A stretch of DNA of 60,063 nt from a virus. Its lineage: Duplodnaviria; Caudoviricetes. This document shows, one piece after another, positions 7,519 through 16,722 of this stretch (within the stretch, counting starts at the first letter, position 1; every line of letters begins with the position of its first letter). The stretch is from positions 1 through 60,063 of IMG/VR virus record IMGVR_UViG_3300032295_002162; one strand, written 5' to 3'. Both the position numbers and the translations under genes were made by a program. The notes below the pieces were generated by a model. It worked only from the letters and a program-made list of their open reading frames with translations. It did no database searches and was not told the origin of the DNA.

Positions 7519-7707
7519 TTATTTAGTGTTAATAATATTTGATATTTTTTCTTTATCTTCAACCGATAAATTTTGAAACCAATCACTTGGCATAGTTTCA
7601 TACAATCTGATTTCGGTTTCTATCGGATTGCCATTTTCATCACATGATAAAACCCCGAGCTTCCCAGCCCAAAGATTTACCGATTCCAATTTAATCACAT
7701 TTTCCAT
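7519..7707 (-). CDS. Hypothetical protein
   Basis: Packed ORF. Confidence 0.55.
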   Translation of the reverse strand: MENVIKLESVNLWAGKLGVLSCDENGNPIETEIRLYETMPSDWFQNLSVEDKEKISNIINTK

Positions 7708-7732
7708 ACATTAGTTCTTTAGAATAAATATC

Positions 7733-8224
7733 TTAAAACAGATATTCCAATCCTTTAGTATTAGGTCTTTGATATTTAATATCAAATTCTGAATTGGTTG
7801 TCCCTTGCTTTACCTGCTTTTTATACCACATATACAAGTCCTCCAAAGTTCCCTTACCCCTCTGTCTCTCCATAGCTTTATCCCACAAATCTTTTTCAAA
7901 TTCTTTTTTAAGTTCATTTCTCAATCTCCACAATATCATTTCCTCATCTCTAAAAGCTTCTAATTCTAATTTAATGGATTTGATACGTTTCATCCTTCCC
8001 GCTTCCAATGCAGCCTCTTTACGATTCTTTTCATCAGTTCCACCATAGTTATTATAAGCCTGAAGATAAGCCTCTTCTGCTGATAGTTTAACACTTTTAG
8101 CTTCACTAAACATATAAGAATAATCAAAGTCACCATTTCGAATCTTTAGTAATAGTGGAGCATCTGATGGGAGTGGTTTATTTGGTCTACCTTTAGTCCA
8201 CCATCTATATTTGTTGTAACTCAT
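7733..8224 (-). CDS. Hypothetical phage protein
   Basis: YRWW...KIRNGDFDYS. Confidence 0.7.
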   Translation of the reverse strand: MSYNKYRWWTKGRPNKPLPSDAPLLLKIRNGDFDYSYMFSEAKSVKLSAEEAYLQAYNNYGGTDEKNRKEAALEAGRMKRIKSIKLELEAFRDEEMILWRLRNELKKEFEKDLWDKAMERQRGKGTLEDLYMWYKKQVKQGTTNSEFDIKYQRPNTKGLEYLF

Positions 8225-8242
8225 TTGGGGATTTTTTAGTTA

Positions 8243-8404
8243 TTATTTTTTAATGTTATTAGGTTTATCTCTGTTCATAATAATCTTTAACTGAGATTCT
8301 TTTAATAACTTAACAGGTTCTTTCTTTTGTTTTGGATTTTCTTCCGGCAGTTTGTAATTTTTAACAAGCCTCTCCATCCAATCTTGAGTTTGTTTTATAC
8401 TCAT
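8243..8404 (-). CDS. Small basic protein, 53 aa (not in ORF track)
   Basis: MSIKQTQDWMERLVKNYKLP...; fills the gap. Confidence 0.5.
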   Translation of the reverse strand: MSIKQTQDWMERLVKNYKLPEENPKQKKEPVKLLKESQLKIIMNRDKPNNIKK

Positions 8405-8434
8405 AACATTTATTTTTAATTTAATATTTTTAAT

Positions 8435-8465
8435 AAAAAAAGGTAGGGGAAATTAATCCCCCACC
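8435..8465 (-). terminator. Intrinsic terminator after the AAA+ gene
   Basis: GGTGGGGGA/TCCCCTACC hairpin followed by T7 on the minus strand. Confidence 0.75.
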
Positions 8466-8487
8466 CCAATGGTAATAACCCCCGAAA

Positions 8488-9687
8488 TTACCATTGAATT
8501 ACAGTATCACCTTCAGCTTCTTCAGGTTTAGTAAAGAGATTCTCATCTGAATCAGTCTTTACATATTTCTGAACTAACTGAGTGATGTAAGTTCGTTCAC
8601 TATCCACACCACCATCATTTGAGAAGAATGGATACATTGAGATTTCAGCTGCTTCAGTAAGTGAGAAGCCATCGTAAATCAATCCCGCAGTTTCTACACT
8701 AGCACGAGTTGAAACCATATTGGTAAGTTTACCACTTTCACCTCTACTCACTTCACGAGTGTGGTGAGCGATTTCAGCTACTGCTTTCAAATCATATTCA
8801 TCAACCTCAGGGAACATATACTTTAACAATTCGAATTCCTGAACATCGGTTAGAACATCCATTTCAATAGTTGTGAAACGGTCTAAGATTGCTCTATCCA
8901 ATACTCTAGTCGATGTATATTCGTTACCAATGTTAGCCGTAGCGATAAAGGTAACGCCTGATGCTACATTTACAATTGGAGAGCCTTCAGCTTCATCCAA
9001 GCGTAAGTAACGTTGTCCACCATCCAACACAGTCATTAAGATGTTCCAAGCATCAGGGTGTGCTCTACTCAACTCATCCAATAGAACCACAGCGTTTTCA
9101 GTTGTGATTGCTTTAACGAATGCCGATTCAGCGAAGAAAGTTCCTTTCTTAGAATCAAAGTGAGTGTTACCAATTAAGGTTGCTCTGGCATCCTGCGTTG
9201 CTCCTAAGTTGAAGTAAAAATCAGGACGATTAAGAGCCTTAACCAATGATTTAGCTGCCATAGTTTTACCACATCCAGCAGGTCCAGTCATCATAATGTT
9301 TTTAGCTCTAACTGCTGAACGGATTAGGTATTTCCATTTCAAATCAGTCATAACAATTGATTCAGGCTTTAGAGAAACCGAATCGTTGTGGATGAAGTTT
9401 TTAATATCTTCATGCTTAGTTGGTGCTTCAGAATTAACTTCAGCGTTTGTTTTTAACGGAGCAACTAAATCAGAATACTCTTTCATATCTACTAATCGAT
9501 ACATAAGAGAGCCGGATTTGGTTTTGATTTGTTTCAAAGCCTGTCCACTTTGGTAAGCTTTTTTTCGGGTGCCAGTATTAACACCAAGTGAGCCTACATT
9601 TGTTCCAGCAGTTGAAACCATATTGAAACGATTTCCAACCATTTCAACTTTGAAAATTTGACCAGAGAATTCTTTTACTTTTTTCAT
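8488..9687 (-). CDS. MoxR/CbbQ/CobS-like AAA+ ATPase
   Basis: Walker A GPAGCGKT, Walker B LLDELSR, ATAN, LDRAILDRF, STR. Confidence 0.9.
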   Translation of the reverse strand: MKKVKEFSGQIFKVEMVGNRFNMVSTAGTNVGSLGVNTGTRKKAYQSGQALKQIKTKSGSLMYRLVDMKEYSDLVAPLKTNAEVNSEAPTKHEDIKNFIHNDSVSLKPESIVMTDLKWKYLIRSAVRAKNIMMTGPAGCGKTMAAKSLVKALNRPDFYFNLGATQDARATLIGNTHFDSKKGTFFAESAFVKAITTENAVVLLDELSRAHPDAWNILMTVLDGGQRYLRLDEAEGSPIVNVASGVTFIATANIGNEYTSTRVLDRAILDRFTTIEMDVLTDVQEFELLKYMFPEVDEYDLKAVAEIAHHTREVSRGESGKLTNMVSTRASVETAGLIYDGFSLTEAAEISMYPFFSNDGGVDSERTYITQLVQKYVKTDSDENLFTKPEEAEGDTVIQW

Positions 9688-9733
9688 AACAAGGGGTTTA
9701 AATTATTTAGTTTCTTATCTTTTTATTACATAG

Positions 9734-9765
9734 TAAAGATCTGGAAACTTTGGCAAATTTCCAAA
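9734..9765 (-). promoter_or_regulatory. Bacteroidota-type promoter, GATC variant
   Basis: TTTGG-N19-GATCTTTA. Confidence 0.6.
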
Positions 9766-9776
9766 TCTTTTTCAGG

Positions 9777-11912
9777 TTATTTTTGAAGAAATAATCGGTT
9801 CATAGTCTTACTTACATCGTTTACGTTGGTTACATTGATGAAATTTGATGCATTTCCGTAACATTCGGTAAATATCTTACCACTATAAGATTGAGGGTCT
9901 ATAGATGATTGGTCAGTAACATAATATGAAAGGATTTTAATGCCCAATCCTTTGAGCTTTTCAACCATTTTTCGGGTGTGTCTGGCAGCATCACTACCAA
10001 CATATTCAATATCTCTACTATAAAAGTAGGGTTCACCATCTGATATATTTACGAAGTAAGAATCTACATTTGTATTTGCTCCCACCATGTATTTCATAAG
10101 TGCCTCAAAACACAAACCTTCTGGCGTAGTTCCACCCGGTCTTAAGTATTTGAACAAGCTTTTAACTTTTACAAATTTATCTCTTCTACTATCGTATGCT
10201 ACCACAACATAAGGAACTTCATTGGATGTGGTTCTGAAAGTGATTTGGATATCCAAGTTGGTAATCATATCAACTGCTTTGGCCAATGCTACCACATTAA
10301 TCATTGTTTTGGCCCACTTAGTTCCTCCCATAGAACCACTCGCATCAATTGAGATGTGTAAGTTAGCCTTATTGTATTTATCAGTTTCCTTAGTGTAGAA
10401 AACATGCTCATTACCAAATCCTAATGCTGAAATCATTCTCTTATCAATCTTACCAATTAATTGGCGATTGAAAACAGTATCTCTACTTTCAGAACGAGTT
10501 TGTAATTTTTTACCTAAGATAGTTCCCAAGCGAATTCCTTCGATAATCGATGCTTCACATTGATTATGCAATTCTACTTTTTTAGAGTTGTGATTATAAC
10601 CACTATAAGCCAAAGGAAATGAATGGTCCATCATAAGTTCCCTAGTCATTTTTTTAACGAGGATACAATCAACTCTTCTATTTGAGTTACCATGTCTAAC
10701 AAATTCCGAACCAACACTTTTTATTTCAGCATCCGCCGTATCAATAACCTCAATGGTTCTGGCATTTGTTTTTGTGATTTTGGCTTTTTTGATATTACCT
10801 CTTATAAAATCTTTTTGCTTTTGAATCTTCTTATCAAGCATTTGTTTTTGTCTGCCTGATAATGAACTATCGGATGTCTTATCAGAACCTTTAGATGGTG
10901 AAGTGCTTTCTTTACCATCACCACTAGCTTCCATATCAGTATCCATACCATTGCCATCACCATCTGAATCCATATCACCACTCATAGGTGATTTACCATT
11001 GGTTTCATTTGATTCATCTGATTCGGATTCGTTACCATTTGATTGACCAGAACCTTCACCTTCAGAACCTTCACCATTTGATTGCCCATCACCTTCACCT
11101 GATTGAGGTTGTCCATTTTGATTCGGTTTGTGATTTTCAGGATTCAAATCGATAGCTTTCATAATAACAGTGAATATATCAGCTGCTACCACAAAGGCAT
11201 CTTTGGTGGATTTCAATCTACTGATATTTTGTAAATTGGTTATTGAGTAAATTTCTCTCAATCCTTTAAGAGCGTTAAGGGAAGTAAATTTGGAATGTAA
11301 GTTAATCAATCGGAACATATAAGATTCGATTGTCTCATCCGTATATTCATCAGATTTCAATGCCTTATCAATAATCTTATCATTGAAGTAGGTATCGTAA
11401 AGAGAAACATAATAATCTCTATAGCCCGGTGCTGATTTGTAAACAAAGTTATCAATACGTCTATCTTCAACCCAATTCAGAACATCTTTCAATACTGAAT
11501 AAATGTGAATTCCTTTACATCTATTAGCGATTTGTTCTAATTCAGAATAGTTAGATAATGCACGAATGTGAGTATCTAAATCTCTTAGGAATTGAAAATC
11601 TGAAAGTTTAATGTGAGAACCCTCGTGAAGTGCTAATCCAACCGTAGTATCGAAATCAGAAGGATTTTCGATTTTAGATGAAATAGTTACAGTCTCACCA
11701 TCAGTATAAGATTCACCATTAACGGCGAATTTAACTGGGATTTGTTTTGAAGTTACAATTGAAACGAAGTTAGAAATGGCCCTCTTTTTACCGGCCAATT
11801 TGTAAAGGTCTTTAGTTCCCTTTTCCTTATCAGATAACAATTCGTAGTCGATATCGTTATCAAATTTATCCATCCAAAAGGAGGAATTTCCGTATTTGTT
11901 GAATTTGTTCAT
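9777..11912 (-). CDS. CobT-like protein: HExxH domain, acidic linker, vWA domain
   Basis: LHEGSH, NWVEDRRID, G/S/D/E-rich linker, MIDAS DASGSM...GGTT...SDGEP. Confidence 0.85.
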   Translation of the reverse strand: MNKFNKYGNSSFWMDKFDNDIDYELLSDKEKGTKDLYKLAGKKRAISNFVSIVTSKQIPVKFAVNGESYTDGETVTISSKIENPSDFDTTVGLALHEGSHIKLSDFQFLRDLDTHIRALSNYSELEQIANRCKGIHIYSVLKDVLNWVEDRRIDNFVYKSAPGYRDYYVSLYDTYFNDKIIDKALKSDEYTDETIESYMFRLINLHSKFTSLNALKGLREIYSITNLQNISRLKSTKDAFVVAADIFTVIMKAIDLNPENHKPNQNGQPQSGEGDGQSNGEGSEGEGSGQSNGNESESDESNETNGKSPMSGDMDSDGDGNGMDTDMEASGDGKESTSPSKGSDKTSDSSLSGRQKQMLDKKIQKQKDFIRGNIKKAKITKTNARTIEVIDTADAEIKSVGSEFVRHGNSNRRVDCILVKKMTRELMMDHSFPLAYSGYNHNSKKVELHNQCEASIIEGIRLGTILGKKLQTRSESRDTVFNRQLIGKIDKRMISALGFGNEHVFYTKETDKYNKANLHISIDASGSMGGTKWAKTMINVVALAKAVDMITNLDIQITFRTTSNEVPYVVVAYDSRRDKFVKVKSLFKYLRPGGTTPEGLCFEALMKYMVGANTNVDSYFVNISDGEPYFYSRDIEYVGSDAARHTRKMVEKLKGLGIKILSYYVTDQSSIDPQSYSGKIFTECYGNASNFINVTNVNDVSKTMNRLFLQK

Positions 11913-11937
11913 ATAGGGGTTATCTTTAATTACTTAG

Positions 11938-11969
11938 TAAAGATCTGGAAAGATTTCCATATTTCCAAA
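11938..11969 (-). promoter_or_regulatory. Bacteroidota-type promoter, GATC variant
   Basis: TTTGG-N19-GATCTTTA. Confidence 0.6.
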
Positions 11970-12021
11970 TCTTTTTTCAATTATTTTCCCAAATATGATA
12001 AAAAAAGCTAATATATAGCCA

Positions 12022-12186
12022 TTATTCTATATCGTCATCCCAATCATCTATTGGAAAAGATGATTCCAACTCCTCATATAAGTAAGTTAGTTCATCTATA
12101 GACTTTTCCACTTCACCCCAATCTTCATAGGATACAGCTCTTTCCAATTTATTTATGATGTTGGATACTTTTTCGGTTACATTCAT
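12022..12186 (-). CDS. Small acidic protein, 54 aa (not in ORF track)
   Basis: MNVTEKVSNIINKLERAVSYEDWGEVEKSIDELTYLYEELESSFPIDDWDDDIE*. Confidence 0.6.
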   Translation of the reverse strand: MNVTEKVSNIINKLERAVSYEDWGEVEKSIDELTYLYEELESSFPIDDWDDDIE

Positions 12187-12237
12187 AATATATAAAGTTT
12201 TAACTTATATAATATATATAAAACCAAAATAAAAAGC

Positions 12238-12696
12238 TTATTTTTTGTAATTTTTGATGAAGTCTGAACAAACTCCAGCTACCTCCGATATATCATCATT
12301 GTTTAATTCAGGCATTACCGCTATACTTCCTTTGATTGGTTGTTTGCCAGGATATGCCCATATCCAATTGAATGATGTTAGTGTTGCAGTATCTTCTTCA
12401 TGCCAAAAGTAGTTTAGCATTGCTAATGAATAATCATCATCTGAACACGATACTAATGCCTCAACATTTTTACAATGAATCCACAATACTGAACTTCTAT
12501 CTTCCAACCAATCAAAATCAATTGGATATTGTGGTTCATCATGTCCTAAAAATAATTCACCATCTATTTCCCAAAGGTCTATTTCAACATCATATCCTGC
12601 TTTTATAGCAGCATCAATATAATCCGGATGATTTTCTTTCTCAGGTATTTTACCATTGAGATTTCCTCTATGTGATATTAGTATCATTTGAACCAA
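12238..12696 (-). CDS. GDPD/PI-PLC-like phosphodiesterase
   Basis: ISHRGN, GYDVEIDL, LGHD, WIHCKN, GVCSD. Confidence 0.8.
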   Translation of the reverse strand: MVQMILISHRGNLNGKIPEKENHPDYIDAAIKAGYDVEIDLWEIDGELFLGHDEPQYPIDFDWLEDRSSVLWIHCKNVEALVSCSDDDYSLAMLNYFWHEEDTATLTSFNWIWAYPGKQPIKGSIAVMPELNNDDISEVAGVCSDFIKNYKK

Positions 12697-13109
12697 CCAA
12701 TTTTTTTACCTTCTTTCACTCTATTTTCATATTCTTCTTCCGAACCTGGATATCTCCAAGCCCATACCAACCAAAATAACATAAATGCCCCAATACCAAT
12801 TAGTGCTGCTGGTTTATGCCATAATGTAAATAAAAGGAATGTATAACTACCAACCATAGTAGCTAACATAATCCATTTAACTTTTGTTGGATAAATACTT
12901 TTCTCTTCCCAACGAATTAAATGCGGTGAGAATGTTGGATGCGTATGTAACCAATGATTTAATGCGGGTGAACTTTTAGCGAATGCCCAAGCAGCCAATA
13001 TAGCAAAGGTTGTCATAGGAACGCCAGGAACTATTGCTCCTACATAAGCCATACCTACAAAAAATATCCCCAATGATCTCCAAAGCCAAATTTTAATATT
13101 CTTTCTCAT
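12684..13109 (-). CDS. YbaN/DUF454 family inner membrane protein; start revised
   Basis: GAIVPGVPMTTFAILAAWAFAKSSPALNHWLHTHPTF. Confidence 0.85.
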   Translation of the reverse strand: MRKNIKIWLWRSLGIFFVGMAYVGAIVPGVPMTTFAILAAWAFAKSSPALNHWLHTHPTFSPHLIRWEEKSIYPTKVKWIMLATMVGSYTFLLFTLWHKPAALIGIGAFMLFWLVWAWRYPGSEEEYENRVKEGKKIGWFK

Positions 13110-13248
13110 CCCATTTATCTTTTTTGATGTTTTTTGGTTTTTTAACAACCATTTTTTTCTTAGTGAATTTTCTTTCCTTTTCGTAGAATTCATCTTCACC
13201 AATTTCTCTTTGTGCTAACTTTTTCAAATAAGCTCTTTCCGATTTCAT
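13093..13248 (-). CDS. Small basic protein
   Basis: MKSERAYLKK...; likely start at 13248. Confidence 0.45.
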   Translation of the reverse strand: MKSERAYLKKLAQREIGEDEFYEKERKFTKKKMVVKKPKNIKKDKWDEKEY

Positions 13249-13258
13249 ATAAATCCTA

Positions 13259-13516
13259 TTAATACTCCCCGTATAGAGAATACTTTTGAACTGGTTTTTC
13301 AATCTCTACTTCTTGTGTAGAAATTATAGATACAGTCCCTTCTCTTGCTGCGAGGAAAAAATCCGTTTGTCCTGTTTTTTGAAAGTGATACTCCAATGCC
13401 TCCGTTAATGTTTCTAAAATAACAGAAGGGTTACCAACAGGTGACCATCTGTCACCTGGTGGAACTCTTTTGAATACTACTTGCTTAACTTCTTCTACTT
13501 TGATTTCAGTTTGCAT
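13259..13516 (-). CDS. Hypothetical phage protein
   Basis: KRVPPGDRW motif; coupled to upstream gene. Confidence 0.7.
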   Translation of the reverse strand: MQTEIKVEEVKQVVFKRVPPGDRWSPVGNPSVILETLTEALEYHFQKTGQTDFFLAAREGTVSIISTQEVEIEKPVQKYSLYGEY

Positions 13517-13725
13517 TAGATTACTCTGATTACTTTTGATTCTCTTGCTGAGATTACTTTGTATTCGATTTGAACACCTGCTTTCTCAAAATCGCTTACT
13601 ACTTTAGCTTCTGCTTCAGTAACACTCATAGCATCAACTAAATAACTTTCTTTTTGGACTTTATCTTTACCACTCTTTAAAGTAGCTACTACCAATCCAA
13701 CTGTAACTTCAAAATACTTGCTCAT
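13516..13725 (-). CDS. DUF4494 family protein (Bacteroidota-typical)
   Basis: YFEVTV...KESYLVDAMSVTEAEAKV...ISARESKV. Confidence 0.8.
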   Translation of the reverse strand: MSKYFEVTVGLVVATLKSGKDKVQKESYLVDAMSVTEAEAKVVSDFEKAGVQIEYKVISARESKVIRVI

Positions 13726-13755
13726 AATTTTGTTTTTTTAATGTTTAAATTTATA

Positions 13756-13787
13756 CAAATATACAAATTTTTTTCCAATTCGCCAAA
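13756..13787 (-). promoter_or_regulatory. Bacteroidota-type promoter
   Basis: TTTGG-N19-TATATTTG. Confidence 0.75.
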
Positions 13788-14342
13788 TTAATATAGATAT
13801 TCTTTTTTAGGACCTGTAATGTTTCCAACTATTAGAAAGTAACAATTGAAACATAACATCCTCATATTCTCATAAGAATGATTTTTTCTATTGGCATCTA
13901 AGAAATCTAAAATAAGTGGAACTCTATGGTCTGTGATTCTTCTTTCACAATATCCACAATTACAACATTCCTCTTTCATATATCCGTTTAGAAGTAACCT
14001 TCTTTTTAACTTCCATATTGGATAGTTTGGATATTGACCGGCTAGGATATCATCCAATTTGTGAAACTCACCTGTATTTGGGTTTGTTTTACGAATACCA
14101 ATCCCAGATGGATTTTTTAAATCTTCAAATACACCATATATCTTTGCCCACTTTTTGTAAGTGTTATATGATGTTCCTAATAATCTTGCTGCTTCAGCCG
14201 CTGAACGGGCTTTCTTTTGTGCATCTCTAATTTCCCATTCTAATATGGGTTTGGCACCCATACCTCTTTTACTTCTAACCTTTGGTGCTTTAGAAAGGTC
14301 ATTTATTGGGTCATAATTTGGAAACTCTTTATAATTCTTCAT
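13788..14342 (-). CDS. HTH plus degenerate HNH/zinc-finger protein
   Basis: SAAEAARLLGTSYNTYKKWA HTH; CxxC...LDFLDANRKN...ENMRMLCFNC with the HNH His position occupied by Phe. Confidence 0.7.
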   Translation of the reverse strand: MKNYKEFPNYDPINDLSKAPKVRSKRGMGAKPILEWEIRDAQKKARSAAEAARLLGTSYNTYKKWAKIYGVFEDLKNPSGIGIRKTNPNTGEFHKLDDILAGQYPNYPIWKLKRRLLLNGYMKEECCNCGYCERRITDHRVPLILDFLDANRKNHSYENMRMLCFNCYFLIVGNITGPKKEYLY

Positions 14343-14407
14343 AACTAAATTTGATATATTAACTTATTTCTATGTATATAAGTATATCAATTTTATTTTT
14401 TTAAAAA

Positions 14408-14785
14408 TTATCCCTTTGTTTCATCGTAGGTAATAGTCCCATCAGGAGTCATGTGACCTGTTCTGATTGCAGTTCCACTAATTACTGCTACATCAGCAGG
14501 TGGTTCGTGATAGATTACATCGTAACCCACACCTCTACCATAGTTTACTGATTCAATATCAGGTATAATAGATAACAAAACCTTATCGAAATTGTTTACA
14601 AAAAAAGGTTCGTGTGATAATTCTTTTAGAATTTGTTGTGCAGTTTTAGGATTGTTCTCATCTTGCGGAACATCTCTAATTGCCACCCAAACATTTTTTC
14701 CGTTTTGTAATTGTTGGTTAATTAACCACTCATGTCCTTTGTGCCAATTCTGCCATCTTCCGATGTATAGTGCATACTTTTTCAT
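14408..14785 (-). CDS. HxGH cytidyltransferase-like nucleotidyltransferase
   Basis: IGRWQNWHKGH, YGRGVGY, ISGTAIR. Confidence 0.85.
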   Translation of the reverse strand: MKKYALYIGRWQNWHKGHEWLINQQLQNGKNVWVAIRDVPQDENNPKTAQQILKELSHEPFFVNNFDKVLLSIIPDIESVNYGRGVGYDVIYHEPPADVAVISGTAIRTGHMTPDGTITYDETKG

Positions 14786-14801
14786 AACCTATTGTTTTAA
14801 T

Positions 14802-15269
14802 TTATTGTTCGCTTAAATAATGAATTATTTTTGTGAATGATTGGATTGGATTATCTTTTGTTGTATCAACATCCATAAATTTTTGAGTAGGTGCTTCATA
14901 ATCATCTACTTTAAATTCATCCCTTTCTCTTTTCTTTGAAGTATGTACGTAAAATTCATACAAATCGTTTCCGATTCGTTGTTTGAACTCTTCTCTAATT
15001 TCTAAGTATGGGGAAACCAATGTTACGACTACATCACATCCGTTTTTATAAACGTATTCTGCAATCATTTGGGCGTTTCTGATATTTTGTATTCTGCCCT
15101 CTTTTGTATAATTTTTGTTGATGGTTAATTCTCTCAAATCATCACCATCCACATGGAAAACATTACTTCTCCAATTTCTTTTTTCAGTTCCTAAAAATTC
15201 TACCAATTTTTTTCCTAAAACTGTCTTACCTGCTCCTGGTTGCCCAGTGAACCAATATATTTTTGCCAT
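14802..15269 (-). CDS. cysC: Adenylyl-sulfate kinase-like P-loop kinase
   Basis: WFTGQPGAGKT, VDGDDLR, LVSPY, YEAP. Confidence 0.8.
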   Translation of the reverse strand: MAKIYWFTGQPGAGKTVLGKKLVEFLGTEKRNWRSNVFHVDGDDLRELTINKNYTKEGRIQNIRNAQMIAEYVYKNGCDVVVTLVSPYLEIREEFKQRIGNDLYEFYVHTSKKRERDEFKVDDYEAPTQKFMDVDTTKDNPIQSFTKIIHYLSEQ

Positions 15270-15312
15270 AGCTTTATTTTAATGTAACAATTATAAGTAT
15301 TAGGTTTTTAAA

Positions 15313-15810
15313 TTATCCTATGTATGCTACTGAAAAGTTATCATTACCGTCGAATGAACCACTACCAACTACTAAAGCTGCTTTTAAAGTATCACCTACG
15401 TCTAAATAGGATATAGTAGAACCTCCTGAGTGATTCATAGAAGTATTTGGGCCGAATTCTATCATTACTTCAGTAACATTACCAGCGGTAGCACTACCAC
15501 TTTTATAAACGATGAATTGATTAATCGTATTATTGGTATTATTTTCAGTTCTTACTACCAAATTTACTTGATATAACCCTGCTATTGGTGCGGTAAAAAT
15601 ACCTGTGGTTGGGTTGAAATGATTTCCCTGATTAAAAACCGGTGTTTGTAATAAACTTGCCGATAATACTAATCCGGGTGATGCAGTTGCTCTTATAGCA
15701 CCACCATTACCTATCACTTTAAATGCCGGTCTATTTGGCATTTTGATTGAACCACTATTGATTACAATCGAACCAGTTAGGTCTAATGAACCTGATAATT
15801 TCATTGCCAT
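15313..15810 (-). CDS. C1q-domain protein (putative receptor-binding/tail tip)
   Basis: RPAF...FNQGNHFNPTTGIFTAPIAGLYQV...YLDVGD...NFSVAYIG. Confidence 0.85.
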   Translation of the reverse strand: MAMKLSGSLDLTGSIVINSGSIKMPNRPAFKVIGNGGAIRATASPGLVLSASLLQTPVFNQGNHFNPTTGIFTAPIAGLYQVNLVVRTENNTNNTINQFIVYKSGSATAGNVTEVMIEFGPNTSMNHSGGSTISYLDVGDTLKAALVVGSGSFDGNDNFSVAYIG

Positions 15811-15845
15811 ATTAATCTATTCTTATTGCTATAAAATTTCCGTTT
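15770..15845. repeat. 76-bp direct repeat, copy A
   Basis: 72/76 identical to 16647-16722. Confidence 0.95.
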
Positions 15846-15853
15846 TTAAATTA

Positions 15854-16687
15854 TTATGCTACTTGAGTTATTGTCACAATTATAGATGGAGTTGCCGGTC
15901 TACTTGGTGTTGATTGTGTTCCTTTATATTGTAATTGTCCATTTCCAGTATCGTTTGACCAATATAACTCAATGTAATCACCCGCAGTAATTGGAGTAAG
16001 TAAGTTTAATGCCGCTACACCAAATCCACCACCACTTATCTTTTCAACAGAAAAATCGGTGTTTGAATCTGCCATATTCGAACCTGTCATAGCAAACCAT
16101 ATCGAAAAATCACACGCTTCAGTTGCGGTAGTATGCAATTGTGCGGAAAATTGTATGTTATATAATCCGGTATTTTCAATTGTCAATCTCGTTGGAAACC
16201 CACTACCATTATTTGCAACATAAACACCTTCTGAACCATTGTATTTTGTTCCAAACTTCATAGCGTATGCGGTATTTACCGAACCAGATTGAGTTTCCAA
16301 CGAACCCCACTGTCCATAGTTGAACAATTTGTTTCCTGCTCTATAATACGATGAACCACTTGCTATGTTGATACTTCCACTAAAAGTAGAATTACCCTTT
16401 ACTTCATGTGAACCCGTAAAGTAAGATGAACCAGTTACTATGAATATGGAATTGTGGAAATTGGAACTACCACTAACTTCAATACTACCACTCATAAAAG
16501 TGTTTCCAACAATAGTATTAGTTCCACTTAATATGTGAGTTCCATTAAATGTTGTAGATCCACTTACATTAACACTACCACTTAAAACAGTATTACCCGT
16601 CAAAGTATTGTTACCCGATTGAACAGTCGAACCACTAGTATTAAGTGAACCTGTTAGGTCTAACGAACCTGATAATTTCATTCCCAT
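15854..16687 (-). CDS. Tail-fibre-like protein with G/S/T repeats and a C1q/TNF-like C-terminus
   Basis: SGS/TGS repeats; TGLYNIQFSAQL...AGDYIELYW...PSIIVTITQV. Confidence 0.75.
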   Translation of the reverse strand: MGMKLSGSLDLTGSLNTSGSTVQSGNNTLTGNTVLSGSVNVSGSTTFNGTHILSGTNTIVGNTFMSGSIEVSGSSNFHNSIFIVTGSSYFTGSHEVKGNSTFSGSINIASGSSYYRAGNKLFNYGQWGSLETQSGSVNTAYAMKFGTKYNGSEGVYVANNGSGFPTRLTIENTGLYNIQFSAQLHTTATEACDFSIWFAMTGSNMADSNTDFSVEKISGGGFGVAALNLLTPITAGDYIELYWSNDTGNGQLQYKGTQSTPSRPATPSIIVTITQVA

Positions 16688-16722
16688 ATTAATCTATTCT
16701 TATTGCTATGAAATTTCCGTTT
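16647..16722. repeat. 76-bp direct repeat, copy B
   Basis: Spans the 3' end of the 826-aa gene and the first 14 codons of the 277-aa gene. Confidence 0.95.

Noticed and set aside
15770-16722. Diversity-generating retroelement or invertase shufflon
   Set aside because: The repeats are direct and lie at gene starts, the mismatches are not adenine-specific, and no RT or recombinase is nearby.
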